Both the position numbers and the translations under genes were made by a program. This document shows positions 18,864-29,329 of a stretch of 64,000 nt of DNA, piece by piece. Position 1 is the stretch's first letter. Each line of letters starts with the position of its first letter. Location: the NCBI GenBank assembly GCA_017854795.1, contig JAFMHB010000003.1, forward strand, positions 13,047 through 77,046, in the 5' to 3' direction. The notes beneath the pieces are model-generated. The model was given only the letters and a program-made list of their open reading frames with translations, was not told the DNA's origin and did no database searches. Source of the stretch: Candidatus Nanopelagicales bacterium (GTDB lineage: Bacteria; Actinomycetota; Actinomycetes; S36-B12).

Positions 18864-19390
18864 AGAATGGCCCGATCTAGATGGGCATTGGGTTCGGTGT
18901 CACCAATGATTCGGGCAATCTGCGGAACGACGAGCGCCCACGTAATTGCGTGCATGATCGCTAGAACAATCGCGGTGGAAACCAAAGTCGCCGTTATAAA
19001 CGGGGTTGCAATCGACACTATGGCGATCACGGTCCCGATCCAAAACACAATTCTTTGTGCATGGGGAATTCCGCGGAGAAGAAGTGATGCCATCGCGCCG
19101 ATTTGAGCGGCTGCAATCGGCACAAGTAAAACGGCGAACCAGAAAACATGAATGGTGGTTCCTTCAAGCACAACATCCATGGGAACCCCGAAGAGTCGCG
19201 CTATGGCAAAAACGATGAGGGAGAGTAGGCCCGACCAAATCCCGGTTACCAATGCCGCATAAGCGAAGAACCGTGGCCTTGGATCAAGTGAGCTCGGTGG
19301 CGCAATGGGGGTCTTCGAGGACATCCATTCGCCGACTTTAGGGGAGGTTGGCGCCGCGGACATAGGCTCATTCTGGCCTCTCGACCTCAC
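18860..19390 (-). CDS. Hypothetical membrane protein (4 predicted helices, possibly DUF6069-like)
   Basis: 176-aa ORF with a 4-bp overlap onto the phosphoribosyltransferase gene. No PAP2 or GtrA motif that I can see. The start is uncertain; ATG 19366 is also possible. Confidence 0.45.
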   Translation of the reverse strand: MRSRGQNEPMSAAPTSPKVGEWMSSKTPIAPPSSLDPRPRFFAYAALVTGIWSGLLSLIVFAIARLFGVPMDVVLEGTTIHVFWFAVLLVPIAAAQIGAMASLLLRGIPHAQRIVFWIGTVIAIVSIATPFITATLVSTAIVLAIMHAITWALVVPQIARIIGDTEPNAHLDRAIL

Positions 19391-19443
19391 CTTTGGGACC
19401 CCGACCCGGATTTTCCCCGTGAACTAAATCAATTGGTTCACAT

Positions 19444-20634
19444 TCAGTAGGTGGGCTTCTCCGGTTCGATCTGGTTAACCCAGGCCAGCACACCGCCACC
19501 GACGTGGACGGCGTCACCGAATCCAGCACCTTTGACAACCGCCAATGCTTCGGCAGAACGTCCTCCTACTTTGCAGTGCAACACGATTCTTTTGTCGGTG
19601 GGCAGGTCGGCAAGGGCCGATCCGTCCATGAATTCGCCCTTTGGAATCAGAATCGATCCTGGGATCTGGACTATTTCGTATTCACCGGGTTCGCGCACGT
19701 CAATGAGTACGAAGTCGTCTTCACCGCGCTCTCGTGCGTCAAGCATCGACTTCAGGTCTCGAACTGAGATTGTGGAGTCTTTCGCTGCCTCAGCGGCCAA
19801 GGTTGAGATTGAGCCACAGAAAGCTTCGTAGTCAATCAACTCGGTAACGGTTGGGTTCTCACCACACACGGCGCAATGTGGGTCCTTGCGGATTTTGACC
19901 TGGCGGTAGGTCATCTCTAATGCGTCATAGACCATTAACCGACCAACTAATGGATCACCAATTCCAGCGAGCAACTTGATCGCTTCGGTAACCTGAATGG
20001 AACCGATCGAAGCGCACAACACGCCAAGTACGCCGCCTTCAGCGCAACTTGGGACCATCCCTGGTGGTGGTGGCTCGGGGTAAAGGCACCTGTAACAAGG
20101 CCCGTACTCAGCCCAAAACACACTGGCTTGACCGTCGAAGCGGTAGATCGATCCCCATACGTATGGCTTTTTTAGCAGTACGCAGGCATCGTTAACGAGA
20201 TAGCGGGTCGCGAAGTTGTCTGTCCCGTCAACGATCAGGTCGTAGTCGGCGAAAATTTCCATCACATTTGTTGAATCAAGCCGTACCTCATGCAACTGCA
20301 CGTTGACGTAGGGGTTGATCTCCAACACACTGTCGCGGGCGCTTTCGGCCTTGGATCGACCAATATCTTTCTGCCCGTGAATGATTTGACGCTGCAGGTT
20401 TGACTCGTCGACGGTGTCGAACTCGACAATGCCTAATGTTCCGACTCCTGCCGCTGCGAGGTACATCAGTGCTGGACTCCCCAGACCGCCTGCACCCACG
20501 CACAGCACTTTGGCGTTCTTCAGTCTTTTTTGTCCGCTCATGCCGACGTCAGGGATGATCAGATGGCGGCTGTATCGACGGACTTCATCGACGCTGAGTT
20601 CAGGGGCGGGTTCAACGAGCGGCGGCAGATTCAC
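19444..20634 (-). CDS. moeZ: Adenylyltransferase/sulfurtransferase MoeZ (E1-like ThiF/MoeB domain + rhodanese domain)
   Basis: GAGGLGSP nucleotide loop, CYRC...CAVC zinc pairs, and a C-terminal rhodanese active site HCKVGGRS. Confidence 0.9.
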   Translation of the reverse strand: MNLPPLVEPAPELSVDEVRRYSRHLIIPDVGMSGQKRLKNAKVLCVGAGGLGSPALMYLAAAGVGTLGIVEFDTVDESNLQRQIIHGQKDIGRSKAESARDSVLEINPYVNVQLHEVRLDSTNVMEIFADYDLIVDGTDNFATRYLVNDACVLLKKPYVWGSIYRFDGQASVFWAEYGPCYRCLYPEPPPPGMVPSCAEGGVLGVLCASIGSIQVTEAIKLLAGIGDPLVGRLMVYDALEMTYRQVKIRKDPHCAVCGENPTVTELIDYEAFCGSISTLAAEAAKDSTISVRDLKSMLDARERGEDDFVLIDVREPGEYEIVQIPGSILIPKGEFMDGSALADLPTDKRIVLHCKVGGRSAEALAVVKGAGFGDAVHVGGGVLAWVNQIEPEKPTY

Positions 20635-20709
20635 TTATGACTCCAATGACTTCGGGGAAGAATGGGATGTGTCGTGCAGGACATTTTAATTGTTAGAACA
20701 TTATGACTG

Positions 20710-21660
<951 letters not shown>

Positions 21661-21663
21661 TTA

Positions 21664-21936
21664 CTAGCCGCCAGCGACCGCGGGCAAAATCGTGATCGAG
21701 TCGTTCTCGCCAATCACGCTCTGCAGACCATCGAGAAAACGAACGTCTTCGTCGTTGACGTAAATATTAATGAAACGGCGTAGCCCATTTTCATCGAGAA
21801 GCCGCTCACCAATGCCCGGGTAATTGATCTCGAGGTCATTGATTACCTCGGCGAGTGTAATTCCCTGTGCGGTCACTAACTTCTCACCCGATGTGTACGG
21901 GCGAAGGATCGTGGGGATGCGGACTTCAATGGACAT
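21664..21936 (-). CDS. cysO: MoaD/ThiS-family sulfur carrier protein CysO (C-terminal Gly-Gly)
   Basis: 90 aa ending in ...ITILPAVAGG. Beta-grasp size, with cluster context. Confidence 0.85.
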   Translation of the reverse strand: MSIEVRIPTILRPYTSGEKLVTAQGITLAEVINDLEINYPGIGERLLDENGLRRFINIYVNDEDVRFLDGLQSVIGENDSITILPAVAGG

Positions 21937-22040
21937 GATCAGGCACTCTCATTCTGGACGGGCTTATTCCATCCGGGGTAAACGACATTCGGAGTATCCC
22001 ATGCCTACTGCTCAGGGCTCACTTCCCAGGGACGAATCCG

Positions 22041-22472
22041 TCAATCACGGATCGAAATCTCCTCTTCGGTGACTTCGCCGTCAACGATTCGAAAGGATCT
22101 GAATTCAAATGGTCCCTCAAGGGGGCCGGTCTCACGAATTGACACCAAAACATAGTGGGCATCTGGTTCAGATGCCTGGGTGATGTCGGTGATCGAGGGA
22201 TATGCCTGCGTCGCTGGGTGTGAGTGATAAATAACAACGGGGATCTCGTCCCGATCATCCATTTCTCGATAGAGGCGAAGCAGGTCCTTTGAGTCGAACT
22301 CGTAGAGTGTTGGACACCTCACCGCATTCACCATAGGGATGAATCGCTCCGGTTGATCAGATCCGGCCGGCCCGGCGATTACCCCGCATGCTTCATCCGG
22401 GTGATCGGCTCGTGCATGGGCCACGATGGCGTCAACGAGTGAGCGTTGGATTTCTAACATGCCAACGAGCAT
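22041..22472 (-). CDS. mec: JAMM/MPN+ metalloprotease Mec
   Basis: JAMM motif YHSHPATQAYPSITD (HxH-x7-S-xx-D) and an upstream Glu (DEACG). Alternative start at ATG 22460. Confidence 0.85.
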   Translation of the reverse strand: MLVGMLEIQRSLVDAIVAHARADHPDEACGVIAGPAGSDQPERFIPMVNAVRCPTLYEFDSKDLLRLYREMDDRDEIPVVIYHSHPATQAYPSITDITQASEPDAHYVLVSIRETGPLEGPFEFRSFRIVDGEVTEEEISIRD

Positions 22473-22499
22473 AGGTGTAATGGTGAAGATCGGGGTGAA

Positions 22500-24044
22500 C
22501 TAGTCCCGCAGCATGCGACGCAGAATCTTTCCCGATGCACTTTTGGGGACTTCATCGATGAACACAATGTCGTGAATTACCTTGTATTTAGCGACATGAC
22601 CTTCCATGAATTCGGTGATGTCAGCGGCGCTCACTTCTTGGCCTGGGCGCAGCACGACAAATGCCCGTGGGATTTCACCGGCCTCAACGTCGGGGACGCC
22701 AATAACAGCAGCGTCAGCAATTGCCGGGTGTGTGAGCAAGAAGGCTTCGAGTTCGGCCGGGGCAACCTGGAAACCTTTGTATTTGATGAGTTCTTTGAGG
22801 CGGTCAACGATTGAGACGAACCCTTCGGAGTCAATTGATGCAATGTCCCCTGTCTTGAGCCAACCCTCTGGATCAATTGTGGCCTCGGTCGCGCTTGGGT
22901 TATTGAGATAGCCCTTCATGACCTGCGGGCCACGAATCCACAGTTCACCGACACCGTCAACGTCTTGGTCTTCACCGGTTTCAGGATCAACGATTCTGAT
23001 TTCGGTGTTGGGTGCTGTTAGTCCTACCGTGCCTGCCTTTGAACGACCTTCAAGTGAAATGTGGCTCACGGGTGAAAGTTCGGTCATGCCGAACCCTTGA
23101 ACAACACTGCAATCAATTCGTGCAGCTGCTTCTTCACCAAGCTCGGCTCCCAGCGGTGCGGCACCAGAGAAAACTTGCTTCAAACTGCTGAGGTCATACT
23201 GATCAATGAGTGGGTGCTTGGCGAGCGCCAACACAATTGGCGGGACAACAAAGAACCGAGTGATTTTGCGATCTTGAATAATTGACAGTGACTGTTCTAG
23301 ATCAAAACGTGGCACGGTGACAATCGTTGCTCCGCGGGAAAGAAATTCATTCATGAGAACTTGCATTCCGTAAATGTGAAAAAACGGAAGAACCGCAAGG
23401 ACTATTTCACCGTCTTCAACTTCAAGGGCGTCTTCGACCTGCATCAAGTTTGAAACAAGATTGTGATGGGTGAGCATTACGCCTTTGGGAAAACCTGTAG
23501 TCCCGGAAGAGTAAGGCAGAACAACAATTTGCTCTTTCGGGTCAATGTCAACCTGCGCTATGGGATTGCCGAATAGTGATGTGAAAGGTGTTGTGCCCTC
23601 TGGAGCATCGCCAATTATTACGATCTCGGAAACCGCTGTTCCTTGAATAGCTAATTGAGAAGTTTCTAAAAACATTCCAATTGTGACGAGGAGTTTGGAT
23701 TCCGAGTCATTGAGTTGAAACTTAACTTCATCCGCTGTGTATGTCGGATTGATCGTGCTGACCGCAACTCCAGCAACAGCAGCGCCATGGAAGACAATGG
23801 CGAACTCAGGAATATTCGGCGCCATCAGTGCGATCGTGTCGCCTTTACCTAAACCCTTTGCCGCAAGTCCACCGGCAAATGAATAGATCATGCCTTTGAG
23901 TTGTCCATACGTGTAGCTGCGTCCGGTTGGGCCATCGATCAACGCCTCCCGGTCGGGTACCCGATCTGCCTCGCGCAAAATGAATTCAGTGATCGAGACA
24001 TTGGGGATCTCAACTTCGGGTAGCTGGCTTTTAAAGACGATCAT
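22500..24044 (-). CDS. AMP-dependent acyl-CoA ligase (4-coumarate-CoA ligase / FadD-like)
   Basis: AMP-binding motif LPYSSGTTGFPKGV, GYGMTE-like FGMTE, and a C-terminal SGKILRR. Confidence 0.85.
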   Translation of the reverse strand: MIVFKSQLPEVEIPNVSITEFILREADRVPDREALIDGPTGRSYTYGQLKGMIYSFAGGLAAKGLGKGDTIALMAPNIPEFAIVFHGAAVAGVAVSTINPTYTADEVKFQLNDSESKLLVTIGMFLETSQLAIQGTAVSEIVIIGDAPEGTTPFTSLFGNPIAQVDIDPKEQIVVLPYSSGTTGFPKGVMLTHHNLVSNLMQVEDALEVEDGEIVLAVLPFFHIYGMQVLMNEFLSRGATIVTVPRFDLEQSLSIIQDRKITRFFVVPPIVLALAKHPLIDQYDLSSLKQVFSGAAPLGAELGEEAAARIDCSVVQGFGMTELSPVSHISLEGRSKAGTVGLTAPNTEIRIVDPETGEDQDVDGVGELWIRGPQVMKGYLNNPSATEATIDPEGWLKTGDIASIDSEGFVSIVDRLKELIKYKGFQVAPAELEAFLLTHPAIADAAVIGVPDVEAGEIPRAFVVLRPGQEVSAADITEFMEGHVAKYKVIHDIVFIDEVPKSASGKILRRMLRD

Positions 24045-24251
24045 GGGGAATCCTCCGCGGGTTGAATCAGGTTGAATTTAAATCAGGTCAAAAACAGCGA
24101 TCACGTGTGGGGAGTGTCTCAGGTTCAGCCCCTTTTTAGGGGCAAAACCAAAAAATCTTGAAATAGTTCCGAATCTCTGCTTGCAAAAGTTGCCACGAGG
24201 GGGGATCATTGTTACTGGCGGGTAACTTAGCCCGAATTCCAGTACCAGGGA

Positions 24252-26093
24252 GTGGCAATGACACATTACAAGAGCAATCAGCGCGACCTTGAATTCAACC
24301 TCTTTGAGGTATTCGGAGCCGGCGAACGAATGGGCAAAGGACCATACGCCGAAATGGATGTGGATACCGCCCGCGACGTCTTGGACGAAGTTAATCGCTT
24401 GGCAACAGGGATTCTTTCCGATTCATTTGTTTCCTCGGATCGGGTTCCACCCGTCTATGACCCGGCAACCAAAACGGTCGTCATGCCAGAGGAATTCAAA
24501 AAGAGTTACAACGCCCTCATGGATGCCGAGTGGTGGCGCTTGGATCTCCCCGAGCACCTCGGTGGCTCCGGTGCTCCCCCGTCACTTCGCTGGGCGGCTG
24601 CAGAGTTGCTACTTGGTGCAAACCCAGGGGCGTTCCTGTTCATGTCCGGTCCTGGTTTCGCTGCAATCCTTGACTCCCTCGGCAATGAGGATCAGAAGCG
24701 TTGGGGTGAACTCATGATCGAAAAGCGTTGGGGCGCCACGATGGTCCTTACCGAGCCTGATGCCGGTTCAGACGTCGGCGTTGGCCGCACCAAGGCGATT
24801 GAGCAACCTGATGGTTCTTGGCACATTGAAGGCGTCAAGCGCTTCATCACCAGTGGTGAGCACGACATGGCTGACAACATTGTTCACTTGGTACTTGCTC
24901 GCCCTGAAGGCGCTGGACCAGGGACAAAAGGGTTGTCACTCTTCGTTGTTCCCAAGTTCCATGTTGATCTAGCAACGGGTGAGCTTGGCGAACGTAACGG
25001 TGTTTACGCGACAAACGTTGAGAAGAAGATGGGCCTGAAAGTTTCCACCACCTGCGAAATGACCTTCGGTGAAAACGAGCCTGCTGTTGGTTGGTTGGTC
25101 GGAGACGTCCACAACGGTATAGCTCAAATGTTCAAGGTAATTGAATACGCACGCATGATGGTCGGTACGAAAGCAATCGCAACACTTTCAACGGGTTACC
25201 TCAACGCATTGGATTACGCGAAGACACGCGTACAAGGTGCTGACCTCACTCAAATGACTGACAAGACCGCACCCCGTGTGACCATCACGAACCATCCTGA
25301 TGTTCGCCGTTCACTCATGTTGCAGAAGTCCTACTCAGAGGGCATGCGAGCACTCGTGCTCTACACCGCCTACTGGCAGGACTTGATCGAGATGGGTGAG
25401 GCTGGTGACACCACTATCGATTTGGATCTAGCACTACGGATCAATGACCTGCTTCTGCCAATCGTCAAGGGCGTTGGCTCGGAACGGTCATACGAAATGC
25501 TTGCGGTTGGCCTTCAGACATACGGTGGGTCGGGTTACCTGCAGGACTACCCACTTGAGCAGTACATCCGTGACGCAAAAATTGACACCCTCTACGAAGG
25601 AACGACCGCGATTCAAGGTCTGGACTTCTTCTTCCGCAAGATGGTCAAGGATCAGTTCAAGGCCATCAGTTTCATGGCCCAAGAAATCACCCAAACGGTT
25701 AAGGGTGACGAAGGTTCAGGTCAACTCTCCGTTGAGCGTGAGCTCCTTGGTCAGGCTTTGGAAAACGTTCAGGCCATCTTGGGTGTCATGGGTCAATGGG
25801 CTATGGCTTCCCAGACCGATATCAAGGAGATCTACAAGGTCGGTCTGAACTCAACCCGTCTCCTTATGGCATCCGGTGATCTCATAATTGGTTGGCTCCT
25901 GATCCGTCAAGCCGAAGTCGCCTTGGCTGCCCTCGCTGCTGATCCCAGTGAGCGGGACAAGGACTTCTACACCGGCAAGGTGGAAAGTGCTCGCTGGTTC
26001 GCCCGCAACCGCTTGCCACTGCTTGCTGCAGAGCGTGGAATCGCTGAGGCAACAACCAGTGAAATCATGGAAATCTCTGAAGCTGCTTTCTAG
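24252..26093 (+). CDS. Long acyl-CoA dehydrogenase (FadE5-like, about 610 aa with C-terminal extension)
   Basis: ACAD N-terminal, middle and C-terminal domain pattern (TEPDAGSD, ...[11 protein letters not shown]) plus an extra C-terminal helical domain. Confidence 0.87.
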   Translation: MAMTHYKSNQRDLEFNLFEVFGAGERMGKGPYAEMDVDTARDVLDEVNRLATGILSDSFVSSDRVPPVYDPATKTVVMPEEFKKSYNALMDAEWWRLDLPEHLGGSGAPPSLRWAAAELLLGANPGAFLFMSGPGFAAILDSLGNEDQKRWGELMIEKRWGATMVLTEPDAGSDVGVGRTKAIEQPDGSWHIEGVKRFITSGEHDMADNIVHLVLARPEGAGPGTKGLSLFVVPKFHVDLATGELGERNGVYATNVEKKMGLKVSTTCEMTFGENEPAVGWLVGDVHNGIAQMFKVIEYARMMVGTKAIATLSTGYLNALDYAKTRVQGADLTQMTDKTAPRVTITNHPDVRRSLMLQKSYSEGMRALVLYTAYWQDLIEMGEAGDTTIDLDLALRINDLLLPIVKGVGSERSYEMLAVGLQTYGGSGYLQDYPLEQYIRDAKIDTLYEGTTAIQGLDFFFRKMVKDQFKAISFMAQEITQTVKGDEGSGQLSVERELLGQALENVQAILGVMGQWAMASQTDIKEIYKVGLNSTRLLMASGDLIIGWLLIRQAEVALAALAADPSERDKDFYTGKVESARWFARNRLPLLAAERGIAEATTSEIMEISEAAF

Positions 26094-26099
26094 TAAAAC

Positions 26100-26150
26100 G
26101 TGAGTCCGCGCACATTGGGTCTGTCCAAAGTGCGCGGACTCACCTTTTCT
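26100..26150 (+). terminator. Rho-independent terminator after the acyl-CoA dehydrogenase gene
   Basis: Perfect 14-bp stem GTGAGTCCGCGCAC / GTGCGCGGACTCAC with a 16-nt loop, followed by CTTTTCT. Confidence 0.72.
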
Positions 26151-26185
26151 CTGTCCCTTTTTGCCGCCAGAGGTACCCTGAGGGA

Positions 26186-26806
26186 GTGAATAAAACTATT
26201 GCCTTCTTTGCCGCCCTCTTCCTCTTGTTCGCAAGTTACGCGGGTTACGTAGGCGTTGGCGTCCCAGCTTCTGCCCATGCGGATTTGGTCAGCACTGATC
26301 CAGTAGACGGTTCAGTACTTCAAAGCGCGCCGGAGTCAATAACTCTTAGTTTCAATTCGCAAATTCTCGATGGCATGGCAGAACTGGCCGTTACTAACTC
26401 TGCAGGAGTACTCGTCACAGGTGTAATTGCTGAAAGCGCACAAACAACAGCAACTGCCCTATGGCCGGTGGACCTTCCCGGAGATTCATACAAAATTGCT
26501 TACCGAATTGTTTCTGAAGATGGACACCCGATCACCGGCTCATTTAGTTTTAGTTACCCAACTGCGGAAACAGCCTCGCCTTCCGAGTCGCCTTCCGAGT
26601 CGCCTTCTGAGTCAGCGCCTGATTTAACAACTGCTGAGCCCGAGGTCAGCACAATGCAAACCCCGTCCCAGGAGTCGGCCCCTGCAGTCCCCACATCTGC
26701 TGAGTCGCCTTCTGAATCAGGATCCATGCTGGTCTGGGTACTCGGCTTCCTCGCCTTAGCTCTCGTTGTTGCCGGGTACTTCATCTGGCGAAAGCGCTCA
26801 ACGTGA
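26186..26806 (+). CDS. copC: CopC-domain copper-binding protein with a Ser/Pro/Glu-rich linker and a C-terminal membrane anchor
   Basis: Signal peptide, then the mature N-terminus HADLVSTDPVDGSVL (CopC His-1 motif). Low-complexity SPSESPSESPSES. C-terminal TM MLVWVLGFLALALVVAGYFIW. GTG start with an awkwardly close SD sequence. Confidence 0.8.
   Translation: MNKTIAFFAALFLLFASYAGYVGVGVPASAHADLVSTDPVDGSVLQSAPESITLSFNSQILDGMAELAVTNSAGVLVTGVIAESAQTTATALWPVDLPGDSYKIAYRIVSEDGHPITGSFSFSYPTAETASPSESPSESPSESAPDLTTAEPEVSTMQTPSQESAPAVPTSAESPSESGSMLVWVLGFLALALVVAGYFIWRKRST
26576..26611 (+). repeat. 3 x 12-bp in-frame tandem repeat encoding (SPSE)3
   Basis: TCGCCTTCCGAG, TCGCCTTCCGAG, TCGCCTTCTGAG read directly. 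Located inside the CopC linker. Confidence 0.85.
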
Positions 26807-28830
26807 AAACAACCCTAAGTCCGGGAACGCAAGCCATTCCTCGTTCACGAATACTCACCTTCGGTTCAATAGTTGTTGCCATCGCTATCGCGGCGACCGC
26901 AATTGGTTTGATCGTGACCGGAAGTGCTTATGAAATTGCACCGGAAGGAATCACCGATACCGGTCCATTCATTGGCTGGGGTGTCGCGGTTCTGCGGATC
27001 CTCACCGACATTGCAGCAATCCTGACGGTCGGCTTTTTAATCTCTGCCGCTTTCCTAGATCCTTCTGGCAAAGACGGTGTCCTTTCTGCCGCAGGACGCA
27101 AAGACGTTATTCGTGCTTCATGGTCAGGTGCCGTCTGGGCGATATTGGCTGTAATCCAAGCTGTCTTTTTATTGGCCTATGTCTTAGGCGTTTCGCTCGC
27201 AGAGGCCATCACTCCTAGTGTGGTCAGTACTTACGCAACCGATGTCCCGGCAACGCGGGCACTGATCGTTGTGTTCTTCATTGCAGCCGTCATTGCCCTG
27301 GGCGGGTTCATCACGGCAACAACAGATGTGAGTGCTGCCGGCGTGATTCTGGCTCTTATTGCAGTGTCACTTCCCTCGCTCGCTGGACACGGCGCCGGGC
27401 TCGGTGATCATGCGCTGGCCCTCACGGCGGGAGTCACCCACGTAGTTGCAGCCGCTATTTGGGTTGGCGGGCTCGCCGTCTTACTTTTCCATGCAATTAA
27501 AAGAGATATCCCACTGAGACGTGCACTCGAGAGATTTTCACCACTTGCACTTATAGCGATTGTGCTCCTAGCCCTGAGTGGACTCTCCAATGCCTATACC
27601 CGACTGAACTCATTTGGTGAACTCTTCTCCAACGGTTACGGACAGGTAATTCTCGTAAAAGTCGCACTTATTCTGGGGCTTGGATTATTGGGTTACCAGC
27701 ATCGACGCCGTGTACTCCCCACCATGGATGCCCCTGGTGCAGGGAAGCGTTTTATAAAGGTTGCGGTCGTTGAAGTTTTCATCATGGCTTCAGCCATTGG
27801 GCTCGGGGTTGCCCTTGCCACGAGTGCGTACCCTCGAGTTGAGGAACTTCTTCCAACGTTCGGTGAGTCCCTTCTGGGTTATCTCTATCCACCAGCTCCA
27901 ACAGCGGCAAATGTTGCTCTCGGCTTCTATTTCGAACCTTTTTTCTTAACTGGAAGTTTGATTGCAGCCGCACTCTATGTCGCCGCTTTCATCCGACTGC
28001 GCACGCGCGGTGACGCCTGGCCCATCATGCGTTTGGTTTCCTGGCTCGCAGGGATCTCGGTGATTATTTGGTGCACTAACTCAGGGATCGCGCTGTATTC
28101 ACAAGTCTCCGTCGGTCTTCACATGGTTAACCACATGACGCTCACAATGCTCGGACCAATTTTCTTGGTCTTGGGTGCACCGGCGACTCTTGCACTTCGC
28201 GCACTTAAACCCTCGCGAACTGGCGAACGAGGTCCCCGCGAATGGTTAGTGCTTTTTCTCAACAGCAAACTCAATGCATTGGCTACAAACCCATTTTTTG
28301 TTTTCTTTATTTATGTAATAGGGCTGTACGGCCTTTACTTAACGCCGGCCTTCGGTTGGCTTATGGGATCTCATATTGGCCATGTTGTTATGCAGTTGCA
28401 CTTCATCTTCGCCGGTTACCTTTTTTACTGGGTATTAATCGGGATAGACCCTCGGCCGCATCCACTGCCGTATTGGGGTCGAATTATTTTGTTGCTACTT
28501 GCGATCAGTGTTCACGCTTTCTTTAGTGTCATTTTGATGATGGGTACAACACCTATGGCGATCGAGTGGTACGGGATCGTGCGCCCGGACTGGGTGGTCG
28601 ATCCGCTCGCGGACTCCGTTTCTGGTGGGCAAGTGGCTTGGGGGGTCGCGGAATTCCCTGCATTGATCGTGTTCATTGCGATCATGGTTCAGTGGTCAAG
28701 GAGTGACGACCGTGAGGCCAAGCGCAAAGACCGTCAGGCCGAGCGTGACGGCGATGCCGAACTCACGGCTTACAACGATCGGTTGGCGAGTTTAAATCAA
28801 GGGTCCGAGGGGCGAACTCGCAGCGAGTAG
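26803..28830 (+). CDS. Fused copper resistance CopD / cytochrome c oxidase assembly CtaG-like membrane protein
   Basis: 675 aa with at least 14 hydrophobic helices. The N-terminal half is CopD-like and the C-terminal half is caa3-CtaG-like. GTGA overlap with copC. Confidence 0.78.
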   Translation: MKTTLSPGTQAIPRSRILTFGSIVVAIAIAATAIGLIVTGSAYEIAPEGITDTGPFIGWGVAVLRILTDIAAILTVGFLISAAFLDPSGKDGVLSAAGRKDVIRASWSGAVWAILAVIQAVFLLAYVLGVSLAEAITPSVVSTYATDVPATRALIVVFFIAAVIALGGFITATTDVSAAGVILALIAVSLPSLAGHGAGLGDHALALTAGVTHVVAAAIWVGGLAVLLFHAIKRDIPLRRALERFSPLALIAIVLLALSGLSNAYTRLNSFGELFSNGYGQVILVKVALILGLGLLGYQHRRRVLPTMDAPGAGKRFIKVAVVEVFIMASAIGLGVALATSAYPRVEELLPTFGESLLGYLYPPAPTAANVALGFYFEPFFLTGSLIAAALYVAAFIRLRTRGDAWPIMRLVSWLAGISVIIWCTNSGIALYSQVSVGLHMVNHMTLTMLGPIFLVLGAPATLALRALKPSRTGERGPREWLVLFLNSKLNALATNPFFVFFIYVIGLYGLYLTPAFGWLMGSHIGHVVMQLHFIFAGYLFYWVLIGIDPRPHPLPYWGRIILLLLAISVHAFFSVILMMGTTPMAIEWYGIVRPDWVVDPLADSVSGGQVAWGVAEFPALIVFIAIMVQWSRSDDREAKRKDRQAERDGDAELTAYNDRLASLNQGSEGRTRSE

Positions 28831-28845
28831 TATACCCTAGGGGGT

Positions 28846-29295
28846 ATGCGAAATAAGACACTCGGAGTTGCTTTTGCGGTCGCGGCCCTGGCACTCACCG
28901 CCCCATTGACCGCCTGTTCAAGTACAGACACCGAAGCGGTAGCCGCGCCAGTGGACGTCATTGTTGAAGCCCCAACGGCCCCAGAGCGAGTTGATGCGGC
29001 CATGTTTTCAGAAGTAGTAACCACTCCCGGAGTCACAATCATTGACGTCCGAACCCCGGAAGAATTCGCGCAAGGCCATATTCAAGGAGCCGTCAACTAC
29101 AACGTTCAAGGCCCTGATTTTGCAAATCAGATCATGGGGCTTGATCCCGCAGGCGTTTACGCGGTCTACTGTCGAAGTGGAAATCGCTCGCAACCCGCCG
29201 TTACCCAATTGAGTAACATCGGTATTAATAGCATTTTTGAACTCGAACCCGGAATCATTGGTTGGGAGAATGCAGGCCTTCCTCTGGTTTCGTAG
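28846..29295 (+). CDS. Rhodanese-domain lipoprotein
   Basis: Lipobox LTACSS and rhodanese active-site loop CRSGNRS. Confidence 0.8.
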   Translation: MRNKTLGVAFAVAALALTAPLTACSSTDTEAVAAPVDVIVEAPTAPERVDAAMFSEVVTTPGVTIIDVRTPEEFAQGHIQGAVNYNVQGPDFANQIMGLDPAGVYAVYCRSGNRSQPAVTQLSNIGINSIFELEPGIIGWENAGLPLVS

Positions 29296-29329
29296 TCCTT
29301 TATTTTCGGAGTCCTGTAGTTTGCTACAC

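Noticed and set aside
19419-19441. GTGAAC-N11-GTTCAC inverted repeat between moeZ and the DPA-cluster membrane gene.
   Set aside because: The spacing does not fit an SOS box, and 6-bp arms are too short to interpret. It may be a weak terminator but cannot be supported.
21964-22002. 12-codon minus-strand mini-ORF (MGYSECRLPRME) in the mec-cysO gap, as a possible Cys/Met-sensing leader peptide.
   Set aside because: There is no RBS, only one Cys codon and no alternative hairpins that I could draw. It is too short to distinguish from chance.
24073-24085. Near-palindrome TGAATTTAAATCA, plus the GTTAC-N6-GTAAC repeat at about 24209-24224, in the acyl-CoA ligase / acyl-CoA dehydrogenase divergent region as possible FadR/TetR operators.
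   Set aside because: These are plausible but weak: they are short, AT-rich and carry one mismatch. No cognate regulator gene is adjacent.
26576-26611. Short tandem repeats, here and at 3537-3571, as a possible CRISPR or minisatellite array.
   Set aside because: The units are contiguous, with no spacers. The 12-bp repeat is in-frame coding for the (SPSE)3 linker, and the 13-bp repeat has only 2.7 copies. No cas genes are present.
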